A stretch of DNA of 64,000 nucleotides from Candidatus Uhrbacteria bacterium (GTDB lineage Bacteria > Patescibacteriota > Patescibacteriia > UBA9934 > GWF2-40-263). The stretch lies in contig JBAXQK010000003.1 of NCBI GenBank assembly GCA_037131775.1, positions 76,439-140,438 of the forward strand, in the 5' to 3' direction. A program made the translations under genes and the position numbers. This document shows, in pieces, positions 1 to 10,656 of this stretch (positions are counted from its first letter, which is position 1; each line of letters opens with the position of its first letter). Below the pieces are notes generated by a model. The model was not told the origin of the DNA. It saw only the letters and a list, made by a program, of their open reading frames with translations, and searched no databases.

Positions 1-323
1 GGGTCGAGCGCGTCCTTCAGGTCGCGGTCGCCGCCCTGCGCGAAAATGTCCGGACGGATCTCGCGGAGCTCGCGGCACACGCTGCGGTCCTCGAAGCCCG
101 GCTCGTGCGACGTGAATACCACGCGCGTCACTCCCCGAATCGCCTCGATGATCTCGCGGCGCTGGTCCTGTGGCATGAACACGAACCCCTTCTTTTTCAT
201 CAGCCAGTTGTCGTTGTTGATGATCACCACAAGCTCGTCGCCGAGCGCGGCGGCTTCCAGGATCATGCGGACGTGGCCGACGTGGATCGGGTCGAACCCT
301 CCGGAGACGCAGACGGTTTTCAT
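1..323 (-). CDS. Cytidylyl/adenylyltransferase family protein (runs off window start)
   Basis: Manual translation from ATG at 323: MKTVCVSGGFDPIHVGHVRMILEAAALGDELVVIINND..., HxGH motif; ATGA overlap with the upstream gene; not in the ORF track. Confidence 0.85.
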   Translation of the reverse strand, partial: MKTVCVSGGFDPIHVGHVRMILEAAALGDELVVIINNDNWLMKKKGFVFMPQDQRREIIEAIRGVTRVVFTSHEPGFEDRSVCRELREIRPDIFAQGGDRDLKDALD

Positions 324-871
324 AGGACGTAAAACTTGGAAAGAATCAGGATCGGGAGAATGAACGCGGCCCCGCCGACGAACCAGCCGATGAGCGCGCC
401 CGCGACGATGTCGGAGACGAAGTGGACGCCGACGGCGACGCGGGAGAGGACGACAAGCAGGCTGAGGGCGAGAAAGACGGGGAGCATCTCCGGGCGGATC
501 ATCGCGATGATCGCGCACATCGAGAAGGTCAGCGTCGCGTGGCCCGACGGGAACGAAGGGGTCACGATCGCCATGTCGATGAGCGCCTTTCGCCCCTCCC
601 GCTGGAACGGACGCAGGCGACTAAACAGGTACTCGATGAGCATCGTCAGTCCCCACGGGACCAGGATTCCTCCCGACAGCACGAAGGCCGCGGGAGTCCA
701 CGCGCGGAACCACTCCGGGCTTCCCGTATTCACCATCGCCACCACGAGCAGCATCCCTCCCATCAGCCAAATGATCTCGACCGCCCCGAGGACGGCAAGC
801 TTCGATAGGAACTTCGACCGCTTGGTGAAGTCCGCGATGGCATGGGAAATCTTATGATCGATGTTTTCCAT
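320..871 (-). CDS. PAP2-family phosphatase (undecaprenyl-diphosphatase-like)
   Basis: RLRP, SFPSGH and SRVAVGVHF motifs; hydrophobic segments. Confidence 0.9.
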   Translation of the reverse strand: MENIDHKISHAIADFTKRSKFLSKLAVLGAVEIIWLMGGMLLVVAMVNTGSPEWFRAWTPAAFVLSGGILVPWGLTMLIEYLFSRLRPFQREGRKALIDMAIVTPSFPSGHATLTFSMCAIIAMIRPEMLPVFLALSLLVVLSRVAVGVHFVSDIVAGALIGWFVGGAAFILPILILSKFYVL

Positions 872-1601
872 AGGCGACGGCAAGGCGTTGTTTTTCTAAA
901 TCGTGTTCTCGTCTCGCAATGTCCGCGACGATCGCGTCCGCGTCCTTCGGCGCAACGAGGTTCTTTTTTTTGAACGCGCAGTCCTTTTGAACCGGACACA
1001 TCCAGCAGCGAGGCTTTCCCGGAATGCAGACGTACCGGCCGATCTTGACAAACACCTGGTTTACGAGGCGCATGACCTTTGTCGGCACGATCCTCAGCAA
1101 AGCCACCTCGGTCTTCTGCGGCGTCTTTGTCTTCACCCATCCTAGCCGATTCGTCACCCGGTGAACATGGGTGTCGACGGCAATGGACGGCGTGCCGAAG
1201 CAGCTCGCGACGACGACGCTCGCGGTCTTGCGGCCGACGCCGGGAAGATCGACGAGCTCGTCCATCGTGGACGGGACGAGACCGCCGTGGACTTCGACGC
1301 AGCGCTTCGCCAAGCCCGACAGGTTCTTTGCCTTCTGGCGATACATCCCGATCGTATTGATCTTCGCGGCAATCTCCGCGACCGCCGCCTTCGACAATGC
1401 CCCCATCGTCGGGAACGCTTCGAACAATCCAGGAAGCAGCTTCAGTACCTGCTCGTCGCGCGTCCGCGCCGAAAGAACGACGCCGACGACCGTCCGGTAC
1501 GGGTCGCCAAGCTCCATCGCGCCCGGATTCGGGAAGCGTCGCTTGAGCGTTCTTAGGATGCGTTCGATATCAGTCACACTCTTCTCGTTTCCCCTCCTCA
1601 T
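852..1601 (-). CDS. nth: Endonuclease III (start uncertain, possibly GTG near 1577)
   Basis: HhH LPGVGRKTA, AVDTHVHR, 4Fe-4S motif C-x6-C-x2-C-x5-C. Confidence 0.92.
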   Translation of the reverse strand: MRRGNEKSVTDIERILRTLKRRFPNPGAMELGDPYRTVVGVVLSARTRDEQVLKLLPGLFEAFPTMGALSKAAVAEIAAKINTIGMYRQKAKNLSGLAKRCVEVHGGLVPSTMDELVDLPGVGRKTASVVVASCFGTPSIAVDTHVHRVTNRLGWVKTKTPQKTEVALLRIVPTKVMRLVNQVFVKIGRYVCIPGKPRCWMCPVQKDCAFKKKNLVAPKDADAIVADIARREHDLEKQRLAVAYGKHRS

Positions 1602-1632
1602 AGGGAGGAGGGGTCAGGGGTGGTTGTCGCGC
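1589..1632. repeat. GC-rich palindromic mini-element, copy 1 (CCCCTCCT-N7-AGGAGGGG)
   Basis: 43/44 nt identical to 35000-35043; related copies at 19887-19931 and 20898-20936. Confidence 0.85.
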
Positions 1633-1645
1633 TGATGGAAGGATG

Positions 1646-3232
1646 TCAAACCAACGGCGCCCCCGTCATCTCCTCCGGCTGCGGGATTCCCAGTACCGCG
1701 AGGATCGTCGGGGCAACGTCCGCGAGCATTCCCACCGGGGACATCAGCGACAAATCGCCGTCCGGAACCTCGCCGGCGAGCGACGGAATTCCCTCGAACT
1801 GCTTGCCGACGATCACGAACGGAACCGGGTTCGTGGCATGCTCCTTGTCGATGTCGCCGGTGCGGAGGTTCTTGAGCTCCTCGGAGTTGCCATGGTCCGC
1901 GGTTATGAACACCGCCCCGCCCTTCCCAAGCGTCGCGTCCACGACCTTCCCAACGGCGGCGTCGAGCGCCTCGTGCGCCTTCACCGTCGCGTCGAAGCTT
2001 CCCGTGTGCGCGACCATGTCCGCGTTCGCGAAGTTCATGATGACCAGGTCGTATTTGTCCGACTGGATCTCCTTCACGACGCGGTCGGAAAGCTCCACGG
2101 CGCTCATCGCCGGGGCAAGGTCGTAGGAGGCGACGTGCGGCGACGGGATCAGGACGCGGTCCTCGCCCGGGAACGGCTTCTCGTACGTTCCGTTCATGAA
2201 GAAGGTGACGTGCGCGTACTTCTCGGTCTCGGCAATGTGCAGCTGCCTCAGCCCGGCGTCGGAAACCACCTGTGCGAGCGTCTTCTGGATCTTGACCGGA
2301 GGATACGCGACCTCGGCCGGAATTCCCTCCTCGTACTCGACCATCGTCACGAACAGCAGGTTCTTGACGGGCTGTCGCGGAAACCGAACGAAGTCTGGCA
2401 ACACGAACGCCTTGGTAAGCTCGCGGGCGCGGTCGGGACGGAAGTTGAAGAAGATCGCGGCATCGTTGTCCTGGATCGTCGCGACCGGCGCGCCCGATGC
2501 GTCGACGATCACCGTCGGCACGAACTGCTCGTCGTATACCTCCTTCGCATAGCTTGCCTTGATCGCCTCGATCGGGTCCGTCGCCTTCTCGCCCGTCCCC
2601 TTCACCATCGCGTTATATGCCATCTCCTCGCGGTCCCACCGGTTGTCGCGGTCCATCGCGTAGAACCGCCCGCTCATGGACGCGATCTTCCCGACGCCCG
2701 TCTCCTTCATTTTCGCGAGCAGCGTCGTCACGAAGTCGATCCCCGCGTTGTAGATCGTGTCGCGCCCGTCGAGGATCGCGTGCACGGCGACGTTCGCGAT
2801 TCCCTCGCGTTTGGCAAACTCCAAAAGCGCGTGACAGTGCTCGTCCATCGCATGCACCCTTCCGCCACTCACGAGGCCGATCAGGTGGAGCGTCGACCCG
2901 TTCTTCTTTACGTGCTCGGCCGCCTTCAGGAACGCCGCGTTCTTGAAAAAGTCGCCGGCGACGATGTCGCGGTTGATGCGCGGGAACGTCTGGTAATACA
3001 CCCGTCCGGCCCCGATCGCGAGGTGCCCGACCTCCGAGTTCCCCATCTCGCCCCAGCTCAACCCCACCTCCTCGCCCGAGGCGCGGATGGTCATGGTCGG
3101 ATACGTCCGAATCAGCTGCTTCCACCGCGGCATGTTCGCGCGGGTGATGGCGTTGCCGTCGGAATCGGGCGCGACGCCGAAACCGTCGAGAATCATGAGA
3201 ACGGCGGGCCTTGGGCGGTTGGGGATATCCAT
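1646..3232 (-). CDS. gpmI: 2,3-bisphosphoglycerate-independent phosphoglycerate mutase
   Basis: ILDGFG, MGNSEVGH, LDGRD, ETEKYAHVTFF, ADHGN; start MDIPNRP. Confidence 0.97.
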   Translation of the reverse strand: MDIPNRPRPAVLMILDGFGVAPDSDGNAITRANMPRWKQLIRTYPTMTIRASGEEVGLSWGEMGNSEVGHLAIGAGRVYYQTFPRINRDIVAGDFFKNAAFLKAAEHVKKNGSTLHLIGLVSGGRVHAMDEHCHALLEFAKREGIANVAVHAILDGRDTIYNAGIDFVTTLLAKMKETGVGKIASMSGRFYAMDRDNRWDREEMAYNAMVKGTGEKATDPIEAIKASYAKEVYDEQFVPTVIVDASGAPVATIQDNDAAIFFNFRPDRARELTKAFVLPDFVRFPRQPVKNLLFVTMVEYEEGIPAEVAYPPVKIQKTLAQVVSDAGLRQLHIAETEKYAHVTFFMNGTYEKPFPGEDRVLIPSPHVASYDLAPAMSAVELSDRVVKEIQSDKYDLVIMNFANADMVAHTGSFDATVKAHEALDAAVGKVVDATLGKGGAVFITADHGNSEELKNLRTGDIDKEHATNPVPFVIVGKQFEGIPSLAGEVPDGDLSLMSPVGMLADVAPTILAVLGIPQPEEMTGAPLV

Positions 3233-3287
3233 AGCGTGGCCATTGTATGCGATCCGGGCAAAAGAAAAAAGGCGGGAGTGACCGCCT

Positions 3288-3752
3288 TCAGGGAGGGAGT
3301 TCGGCGAGTGCCCTGAGCGCGCGCTCGTCGTGGGGGCTCTTGGAAAGAACCTGTTTGAACGAGGAACGCGCCCCGTCCGCGTTTCCGAGCGCAAGCTGGC
3401 ACAGACCGACGTTGTACAGGGCCGGCAAGCTCTCGTCCCACTCGAACATCCGCTGGAACACCGCGATCGCCCCGTCGTAATCTCCGCGGAACTGACGCAC
3501 CTTGCCGAGACACATCTGCGCGTCCGCGTTGTGGCGGAGTGTCATGTCCTTCTCATTCAGACACTCGACGACGGAGGAAACCAGGTTGGAATCCACCTTC
3601 AGGAGCGGCTTTGCCCGGCGCCAGCGAGGCTCCGCGACCAGCTGCTCCCAGCAAAGAAACTCCGTCTTGTACCGTTCGGGATGCAAGCGCTTCTCCATCA
3701 GGTATCCAACGACGCCGGGAAGGTCCGGGCGAACCGCATCAGAAGTTTTCAA
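3288..3752 (-). CDS. Tetratricopeptide-repeat protein
   Basis: TPR-like segments (AQMCLGKV...YDGAIAVF; ALYNVGLCQLALG...ARSSFKQVL); TTG start after AGAAGGAGA; own TTGACA-N16-TAGGAT promoter at 3826-3799. Confidence 0.7.
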   Translation of the reverse strand: MKTSDAVRPDLPGVVGYLMEKRLHPERYKTEFLCWEQLVAEPRWRRAKPLLKVDSNLVSSVVECLNEKDMTLRHNADAQMCLGKVRQFRGDYDGAIAVFQRMFEWDESLPALYNVGLCQLALGNADGARSSFKQVLSKSPHDERALRALAELPP

Positions 3753-3822
3753 CGCGCGTCTCCTTCTGCCAATGGAAAAACAAAAGCGGCAGGGCGCAAT
3801 CCTACCGCGTTTTATTTTGATG

Positions 3823-4824
3823 TCAAGAGTTTTTAACGCGAGTTCGCACGAAGCGTTCGAACAGTTCCCCGTTCGCGCGATACGACCCGTCGCCGTCGCG
3901 CCGAAGATACCCGATGTCGAGCAGCGGCTGGACGCGAACCGGGTCCGCGTCGCCCGCCGCGACCCCGCCGTTTTCCGCGATCGAGCGGAACAGCGCGCGG
4001 TCTTCGTCGTCGAACGCGAAGTCATAGACCTTGCGGTAATGAGACAGCCCCTCGTCGGCCAGTTGCCGCATGGCGGTCTCGTTCCCGGAAAGCCGGTCGA
4101 CGTCGGCCGCGTCAAACGTCGCGTCGTCGCGCCAGAACGGCTTGGACGGGTCGAGAAGCGCCGAGCAAAGGAGCTGGACCTCGAGCGGGCGGCCTCCGGA
4201 AAGGCTGGCGAGGCGGTCGATGGCGGCGTCCGTGAACGCGACCGGGGTGCCGGCGAACGGGCGAAGGGCGACGAGACGAACCTCGTCCTTGGTGAGCCCG
4301 CGAACGAAGTGAGAGTCGTACCCGTCGAACGCGCGTCGCATCGTCTGGTCCGTGTCGCGCGTCCAGTGCGCGACCACCGCGAGGCGGACGCCGGGAACGC
4401 GAAGGCCGTCGATTACGACGAGGAGGTCGGGACGATCCGCCAGGGCGATCGCCTCGTCGATGACGATCGTGCGCTCGTTGCCGGACTGCCCATCGACGGT
4501 TTCCGCAAGCGATGTCCGAAAACTCTCCGCGGACAGTTCCGTCCCGTACGGGCCGACGTCCTCGTGGACGAACGGGCCCGGAAAATTTCGCCTCAACGCG
4601 TGCCCGAGGCTCGTCTTGCCCGCGCGCCAGACGCCTCGGATCACCACCGGCCGCCCCGCGCGCAGCGAGTCTGCAACCGCGCGCTCCTGGTCGAGCCGCA
4701 CGACGCTTTCGCGGACGAGCAGTCCGCGCTCATACCGACCCACGCGCTCCGAAAAAAACGACCGGCGTTCCTCAATGGAACGTCCGATCGCTTCCCGGGA
4801 TCCCTCGGCGAGCCCTTCGCGCAT
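3823..4824 (-). CDS. P-loop ATPase, STAND/archaeal-ATPase-like, with probable C-terminal winged helix
   Basis: Walker A GVWRAGKTS, Walker B IVIDE, GGRP motif. Confidence 0.75.
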   Translation of the reverse strand: MREGLAEGSREAIGRSIEERRSFFSERVGRYERGLLVRESVVRLDQERAVADSLRAGRPVVIRGVWRAGKTSLGHALRRNFPGPFVHEDVGPYGTELSAESFRTSLAETVDGQSGNERTIVIDEAIALADRPDLLVVIDGLRVPGVRLAVVAHWTRDTDQTMRRAFDGYDSHFVRGLTKDEVRLVALRPFAGTPVAFTDAAIDRLASLSGGRPLEVQLLCSALLDPSKPFWRDDATFDAADVDRLSGNETAMRQLADEGLSHYRKVYDFAFDDEDRALFRSIAENGGVAAGDADPVRVQPLLDIGYLRRDGDGSYRANGELFERFVRTRVKNS

Positions 4825-4828
4825 ACCG

Positions 4829-6082
4829 TTACGAGACTTCCTCCTCAATCTCCATCAGCCGGTTGTACTTTGCCAGGCGCTCCGATCGCGACAGCGATCC
4901 CGCCTTGATGTACTCGGCGTTCACGGCGACGGCGAGGTCGGCGATGGTGGTGTCGGTCGTTTCTCCCGAGCGATGGGATACGGACACGGCGTATCCGCTC
5001 TGCTGGGCGAGCAGGATCGCGTCCATCGTCTCCGAGAGCGAGCCGATCTGGTTCACCTTGATGAGGATTGCGTTCGCGCACCCTTCCTCGATTCCCTGCC
5101 GCAGGCGCTCGGCGTTCGTCACGAAGAAGTCGTCGCCGACGAGCGCCATCTTGTCTCCGAGACGGTCGGTGAGCTTCTTCCATCCCTCCCAGTCGTCCTC
5201 GGCAAGGCCGTCCTCGAGCGAGACGATCGGATACTTCTTGGAAAGCCTGTCCCACATCGCGATCATCTGGTCGGACGTGAACGACGTGCCGTCGACCTTC
5301 AGGACGTAGCGCTTCGTCTTGGCGTCATAAAACTCGGACGTCGCCGGGTCCATCGCCAGCGTCACGTCCTTGCCCGGCACGTATCCCGCGTCCTTGATCG
5401 CCTGGACGATCGTTTTGAGCGCCTCCTCGTTCTTGGCCAGCTTGACCGCGAATCCGCCCTCGTCGCCGACGAGCGTCGAGAATCCCCTCTTCTTCAGGAG
5501 ACGGCCGAGCGCGTGGAACACCTCGGAGCCACAGCGGACGCGCTCTCGGAATTTCTTCTGCTGCGGAACGATCATGAACTCCTGGAAATCGAGAATCCAG
5601 CCCGCGTGCGCGCCGCCGTTCAGGATGTTCATCGTCGGGATCGGGAGACGGTAGGTCTTGTACTTCAGGTCGAATGCGCGGCGAAGGTACGCATACAGCG
5701 GCAGGCCGCTGGCATTGGCCGCGGCTCGGGCGCAGGCGAGCGAGACGCCGAGGATGGCGTTCGCGCCGAGTTTCGACTTGTTCGCCGTGCCGTCGAGAAA
5801 GATCATCCGCGAATCGAGCTCGCGCTGGGCAGACACGTCCATGCCGATGAGGACGGGCGCGATCTTCGCGTGCACGTTCTTCGCGGCCTTGAGCACGCCC
5901 TTCCCGCCGTATCGCTTCGCGTCGCCGTCGCGCAGCTCGAGTGCCTCGTGCGACCCCGTCGACGCGCCGCTCGGAACGGACGCGGATCCGGAAACGCCGT
6001 TGTCGAGAAGAACGGTCACCTCGAGCGTCGGGTTGCCGCGGGAATCAAGAATCTCGTGCGCGTGGATGGATTCGATTTTCAT
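4829..6082 (-). CDS. eno: Enolase
   Basis: [29 protein letters not shown]. Confidence 0.98.
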   Translation of the reverse strand: MKIESIHAHEILDSRGNPTLEVTVLLDNGVSGSASVPSGASTGSHEALELRDGDAKRYGGKGVLKAAKNVHAKIAPVLIGMDVSAQRELDSRMIFLDGTANKSKLGANAILGVSLACARAAANASGLPLYAYLRRAFDLKYKTYRLPIPTMNILNGGAHAGWILDFQEFMIVPQQKKFRERVRCGSEVFHALGRLLKKRGFSTLVGDEGGFAVKLAKNEEALKTIVQAIKDAGYVPGKDVTLAMDPATSEFYDAKTKRYVLKVDGTSFTSDQMIAMWDRLSKKYPIVSLEDGLAEDDWEGWKKLTDRLGDKMALVGDDFFVTNAERLRQGIEEGCANAILIKVNQIGSLSETMDAILLAQQSGYAVSVSHRSGETTDTTIADLAVAVNAEYIKAGSLSRSERLAKYNRLMEIEEEVS

Positions 6083-6092
6083 AGTCGTGAGT

Positions 6093-7274
6093 TTACGATT
6101 CGAGCGCTTCGACTCCCGGCATCTTCTCCCCGGCGAGAAACTCCAGCATCGCTCCCCCGCCGGTCGAAAGGAGCGTGAACTGGTCCGCGACTCCGGCGGC
6201 TTCGACGGCGGGAATCGTGTCGCCTCCGCCGACGATCGTGACCGCCTTCTTGTTCGCGGCGATGGCGCGGGCGACGGCGGTCGTCCCCTTCGAAAACGCG
6301 TCCACCTCGCAGTAGCCGAGCGGGCCGTTCCACACGACCATCTTGGTTCCCTTGATTTCCTCGCAAAATCGTCGAATCGTGTCGGGCCCAAGGTCGACGA
6401 TCCGGTCGGTCTTGCGAACCGCGCCAATCGCGACCGTCCGGCAGGTCGCGTCCTTGCGAAGGCTCTGCGCGACCAGCATATCCGTCGGCAACCAGATCTT
6501 CTCACGGAATTTCTTCATCAGCTGCTCCGCGTCCTTCATGCCGTCCTTGTCCACCGCGGACTTGCCGATCTCGATCCCGTCCGCCACGAAGAACGCGTGG
6601 GCAAGCGCCCCGCCGACGAGCACACGGTCGGCCTCGGGGAGCAGGCGGCGCATCACCGGAATCTTGTCCGCCATCTTCAGCCCGCCCATGACCACCACGA
6701 ACGGGTGCCTCGGATGTGCCAAAACCTTCGCGAGCACCTCCACCTCGGACACAAGCTGCGGCCCCGCGTAGCCTGGAAGCTCGGAAGTGATGGCATCGAC
6801 GGAGGCGTGCGCGCGATGCGACACCGCGAACGCGTCGTTCATGTACAGGTCGCCGAGCTGGGCAAGCGCATGCGCGAGCGTCGTGGAGTTGCGCTCCTCG
6901 CCCGCGTCGAAGCGCACGTTCTCGAGCAGGACGACGTCTCCGTCCCTCATCGAGCGCACGAGCTTCTGCGCGAACGGACCGGCGATGTCGCGCGCGACCG
7001 GGACGTTGATCGACAGAAGCTCGGACAACCGTCGCGCGACCGGACGAACCGTATACGCGCTGATCTTCCGCCCGTTCGGCCGGCCAAGGTGCGTCATGAC
7101 CACGACCTTCGCCCCGCGCTGCCGCAGCCACTCGATATCCACAGCCGCCCTGGCAACCTTCCCATGCGGCCCGTCGACGACTTTCCCCTTTGCGACCGGC
7201 ACGTTGGCGTCAATTCTAAGCAACACCCGCTTCCCGGATAGATCCACACCACTGCGCAAAGTCCTCAAACGCAT
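6093..7274 (-). CDS. pgk: Phosphoglycerate kinase
   Basis: RIDANVP, HLGRP, LLENVRF, WNGPLG, STGGGA. Confidence 0.98.
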   Translation of the reverse strand: MRLRTLRSGVDLSGKRVLLRIDANVPVAKGKVVDGPHGKVARAAVDIEWLRQRGAKVVVMTHLGRPNGRKISAYTVRPVARRLSELLSINVPVARDIAGPFAQKLVRSMRDGDVVLLENVRFDAGEERNSTTLAHALAQLGDLYMNDAFAVSHRAHASVDAITSELPGYAGPQLVSEVEVLAKVLAHPRHPFVVVMGGLKMADKIPVMRRLLPEADRVLVGGALAHAFFVADGIEIGKSAVDKDGMKDAEQLMKKFREKIWLPTDMLVAQSLRKDATCRTVAIGAVRKTDRIVDLGPDTIRRFCEEIKGTKMVVWNGPLGYCEVDAFSKGTTAVARAIAANKKAVTIVGGGDTIPAVEAAGVADQFTLLSTGGGAMLEFLAGEKMPGVEALES

Positions 7275-7292
7275 ATCGGGGGGATTGTATCA

Positions 7293-7326
7293 CAAAAAAA
7301 AGACGCGAACCACGGTGGGTTCGCGA
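7293..7326 (-). terminator. Rho-independent terminator after the accessory gene pair
   Basis: CGCGAACC/GGTTCGCG stem followed by a T-run on the minus strand. Confidence 0.65.
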
Positions 7327-7337
7327 GGGGCTAGCGG

Positions 7338-8207
7338 TTAGAATACTGGACGGCGTGGCCGGAAGACCGTCCCGTAGCATTCGATGACCGATGCGTTGGG
7401 GTGGTGTTCGACGTCCGTCTCGACGCACCGCGCCCAGAGCCTCCAGCCGGCGGAGGTCGCTGGAGTCGCCCAATGGACGGTGCGGCCATCGTAACGCCGG
7501 ATGGTGCCGGCTTCGTGTGCGATCTCGGGGACTCCCGAGGCGCGAACGGCGGCGTCGAACGCCCGGAAGTTCGGAATCAGTTCCGGCATCCGCAGCCGAA
7601 GCGGCCCGTCCAGGAACCCCGTCGCGCAGTGGCCTGACGACTGGTACGCCTGGAGAATCGGCGAGTACCGCTGCCGCTCTTGCCGGGCACGTATGTCGTG
7701 CAGAACCTTCACGCCGAAGGGCAGCACCCGGGTATCTCTCACGGCGATGCTTTCATCGACGTGCCGAAGGCAGCTGTCGACAGGCAGGTCACCGGGCAGG
7801 AAGTACTGGATCTTCGAGTCGAAGTAGGCGTAGCGCCTCGTGCCGGTAAGGCCGTTGCGCATGCCCATGAGCACGCTGAGCGTCAGCGGCCCGGCGAGCT
7901 CAATGGCTTCCTCGAATGGACACCAGCAGAACGTCACGCCGTCGTCACGAACCTGTTCCTGCGAAGGAGCGGGGAGCCGTTCCACAAGCTCGAGACGGTT
8001 CGGGAAGTTGGCTTCGAACGACTCGATCTCCGTGACGCCGCGCGCCAGGTATCGTTCGAGCGTCGTGGCCCGCTTCTCCTCTGCGACGTCCGTCTCCGGC
8101 GGGCCCGGAGGCTTCTGCTCGGTAGAGCCATGGTAGGCCCCTTCGTTGGTGAAGGGTTCCACCGATTGGGTTTCGGCGTTACGAACCTTGCTAAGCGAGG
8201 TGCTCAC
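7338..8207 (-). CDS. Putative Fe(II)/2-oxoglutarate oxygenase-like protein
   Basis: H-x-D (RHVD), distal H (TVHWATPA) and C-terminal R (WRLWAR); GTGA overlap with the upstream gene. Confidence 0.5.
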   Translation of the reverse strand: MSTSLSKVRNAETQSVEPFTNEGAYHGSTEQKPPGPPETDVAEEKRATTLERYLARGVTEIESFEANFPNRLELVERLPAPSQEQVRDDGVTFCWCPFEEAIELAGPLTLSVLMGMRNGLTGTRRYAYFDSKIQYFLPGDLPVDSCLRHVDESIAVRDTRVLPFGVKVLHDIRARQERQRYSPILQAYQSSGHCATGFLDGPLRLRMPELIPNFRAFDAAVRASGVPEIAHEAGTIRRYDGRTVHWATPATSAGWRLWARCVETDVEHHPNASVIECYGTVFRPRRPVF

Positions 8208-9253
8208 GACCGTTCTCCTCCCACGTTCGGCACGAAGTCGAACATGGCTTGGTAGTACTGCAGTTTTGCCCTTGGATCTTGCGCGAGTCGCACGACCTCG
8301 GGGACACGTTCGTACAGGTGCTCGTCGGAGGGGTAACGGTGACGCTCCTGATCGGCGCCGTAGCAGTCGGGCATTCCGTACAGGCGATTGTACGTCAGGT
8401 TGTCGATGACCTGCCCTCCCATGACCGTGGGCGGGAGCGGAGCCCAGTCATGCTCGATGAAGAAGCTTTCCGCGCCCCAGCGGCGGTAGAAGCCGAGCTT
8501 CGCCATACGCGCCATCCAGGGAGGATCGCCGATCTGCCAGAACCCAACGCCGCACAGCAGGTGCTGCGAGTGGATGATCGGAAGTCGGCTACCGTCCAGG
8601 ACGTCGCGGCTGTAATGGCGGGCGATGTTTTCAAGGAACGCCCGCGCGATGTGCGCGCCACGATGGTCCGGGCCCACGACGAAGTTTGCGATTTGGTGGT
8701 ACCGGTTCGGCTTGAAGCTCTGGGGCGGCGGAAACGCGAAGCGGTCAAACCACTTGTGCGCGGGATCATCCTGATCCGGCCGGTCCCAGTCCACGTCTTC
8801 GACGATCGTCGACCAACGCAGGTTGTTGTACAGCCCGGTGAAGAAGAAGATCGTGTCCTTGCTTCTTCCCACGAGGATGGTCGCGATGATTTCGTGCGTG
8901 CGCTCATCGTGCCGGCGAGACAGGACGAAGCGGTGTCCGGCGACGCCCCAAAGCGTCGACACTCCCTCGGGGGAGATGATGTCCCGCTGCACGCGACGAA
9001 CCACGACGGTGGGCAGATGCCCACCGAGCTCACAGCGCGCCTGTTCGAGCGATCGCGTCAGCAGCGACGAGATCGCGCGCGCGATCATGGGATTCTCAGT
9101 CGACACGATGCCGAGCTCCATGCCGTCCGGAAGTGTCACGAAGTTCTGCGCGCCGGGGCTTCGGGTCTCCTCGTAGGTCAGGTACGCCGCATGCAGGCAA
9201 ACCGTTTCCACGAACCGATGAATCGGATCGAATACGTCTTCCGAGTGTGACAT
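8204..9253 (-). CDS. Hypothetical protein with a GNAT-like acyl-CoA-binding motif
   Basis: IANFVVGPDHRGAHIARAFL resembles GNAT motif A; SD-like AAGGGAG before MSHSED. Confidence 0.5.
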   Translation of the reverse strand: MSHSEDVFDPIHRFVETVCLHAAYLTYEETRSPGAQNFVTLPDGMELGIVSTENPMIARAISSLLTRSLEQARCELGGHLPTVVVRRVQRDIISPEGVSTLWGVAGHRFVLSRRHDERTHEIIATILVGRSKDTIFFFTGLYNNLRWSTIVEDVDWDRPDQDDPAHKWFDRFAFPPPQSFKPNRYHQIANFVVGPDHRGAHIARAFLENIARHYSRDVLDGSRLPIIHSQHLLCGVGFWQIGDPPWMARMAKLGFYRRWGAESFFIEHDWAPLPPTVMGGQVIDNLTYNRLYGMPDCYGADQERHRYPSDEHLYERVPEVVRLAQDPRAKLQYYQAMFDFVPNVGGERS

Positions 9254-9368
9254 CTGACGGTCTCCCTTGGTTTCCCATTCCCCCCGAAACAAAATCGGGG
9301 AGGCCGTGAACATAGCACGGACTCCTCGAATCGTCCAGATCGCGACGGGACTAAAGTCCCTGGGAAAT

Positions 9369-10643
9369 CTAATCGTTCCTCCGGTACACCTTCGCCCCAG
9401 ACGACCACAGCTTCCACGCCTCGCCGACGGGAAGGATCGAGACGAAGTACTGCAGGTCCGCGGCCTTGCGGATGAGATAGCCGAGGAGGCCCGTCAGATG
9501 GAACCAGCCGAAGTCGGCGATGGCGTACGTTCCCCCCATGGGGACGACGGTGACCCAGCGGTCGGGCGGGGTCCAGGACATCGGGAGCTTTCGCTCGAGG
9601 GTGCGCGCGATGTTTTCCGCGACGATGGCGGCCTCCTTCACCGCGGCCTGCGCGAGCGCCGGGACGCGCTTCTTCGTCTTCGGATGCGTGAAGGCGGCGC
9701 AGTCGCCGAGGGCATAAACGTTCTTCGTTCCCTCGACGAGGAAGTTCGGCGTCACCTTGACGTATCCGCGATCGTCCACCGGAAGGCCCCACGTCTTCAC
9801 GACGTCGAGCGACTTTACTCCCGCGGTCCACACGATCACGTCGGCCTCATGCCGGACCGTCGTCCCGTCCGCCCGTTCGAGCGTAACCGCGTTCGCCTCC
9901 AAGGACTTGAGCTTCGTGGCGGCAAGGACGCTGATGCCGAGCGCGTGGAGGCGTTCCTTGGCGCAGCGACGAACGGGCGCCGGGAACATCGAGAGGATGT
10001 CCGGGCCGGCCTCGACGAGCGAGATGTCGTAGTCCCGGCGCAGCAGCGTCTCCTCATCGATCATCCGGTGAAAGAAGTTCGCTGTCTCCGAGGCGAACTC
10101 GGTTCCCGACGCGCCGCCGCCCACGACCAGAATCGAAAGACGCTTTTCCTTCCCGTCCTTGTAAGATCGAATGAACTCGAACATTCGCTCGCGGATGGCG
10201 AACGCGTCCTTGAGCGTCTTCATGGGCAACGCGAACTTGTCCGCGCCGGCGATTCCGTACGTGGCGCTCTCGACTCCGACCGCGACCACGAGGTCGTCGT
10301 ACGGGATCGTTTCCCCGCTCGATAGCGCGACGTTCTGCTCGGCAGCGTCGACGGTCGCGACGGTCCCCTGGACGAACCGGATATTCTTTTTCTTGATGAT
10401 GTTCCGAACCGCGTCAATCTGGACGCACGCCCCGCTCTGCAGTTCGCCGACGCACGCGTCCGACGACAATTCCAGATCCCCGCTCGACACCTCGTAGAGC
10501 AGCGGCGTGTACAGGTGCTCGGGACGCGGGTCGACGAGCGTGATCTCGAACGCCTTAAGCCGCACCTTGCGCTTGGCAAGCTCGAGCGCCGTGCGCAGGC
10601 CGCCGAATCCGGCGCCGATTATTACGATTTTGTGAGAATCCAT
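9369..10643 (-). CDS. ndh: Type II NADH dehydrogenase / FAD-dependent oxidoreductase
   Basis: GAGFGG, GGGASGTE, WTAGV, YALGDCA, PALAQAA. Confidence 0.88.
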   Translation of the reverse strand: MDSHKIVIIGAGFGGLRTALELAKRKVRLKAFEITLVDPRPEHLYTPLLYEVSSGDLELSSDACVGELQSGACVQIDAVRNIIKKKNIRFVQGTVATVDAAEQNVALSSGETIPYDDLVVAVGVESATYGIAGADKFALPMKTLKDAFAIRERMFEFIRSYKDGKEKRLSILVVGGGASGTEFASETANFFHRMIDEETLLRRDYDISLVEAGPDILSMFPAPVRRCAKERLHALGISVLAATKLKSLEANAVTLERADGTTVRHEADVIVWTAGVKSLDVVKTWGLPVDDRGYVKVTPNFLVEGTKNVYALGDCAAFTHPKTKKRVPALAQAAVKEAAIVAENIARTLERKLPMSWTPPDRWVTVVPMGGTYAIADFGWFHLTGLLGYLIRKAADLQYFVSILPVGEAWKLWSSGAKVYRRND

Positions 10644-10656
10644 AGGGGAAAGAAAC

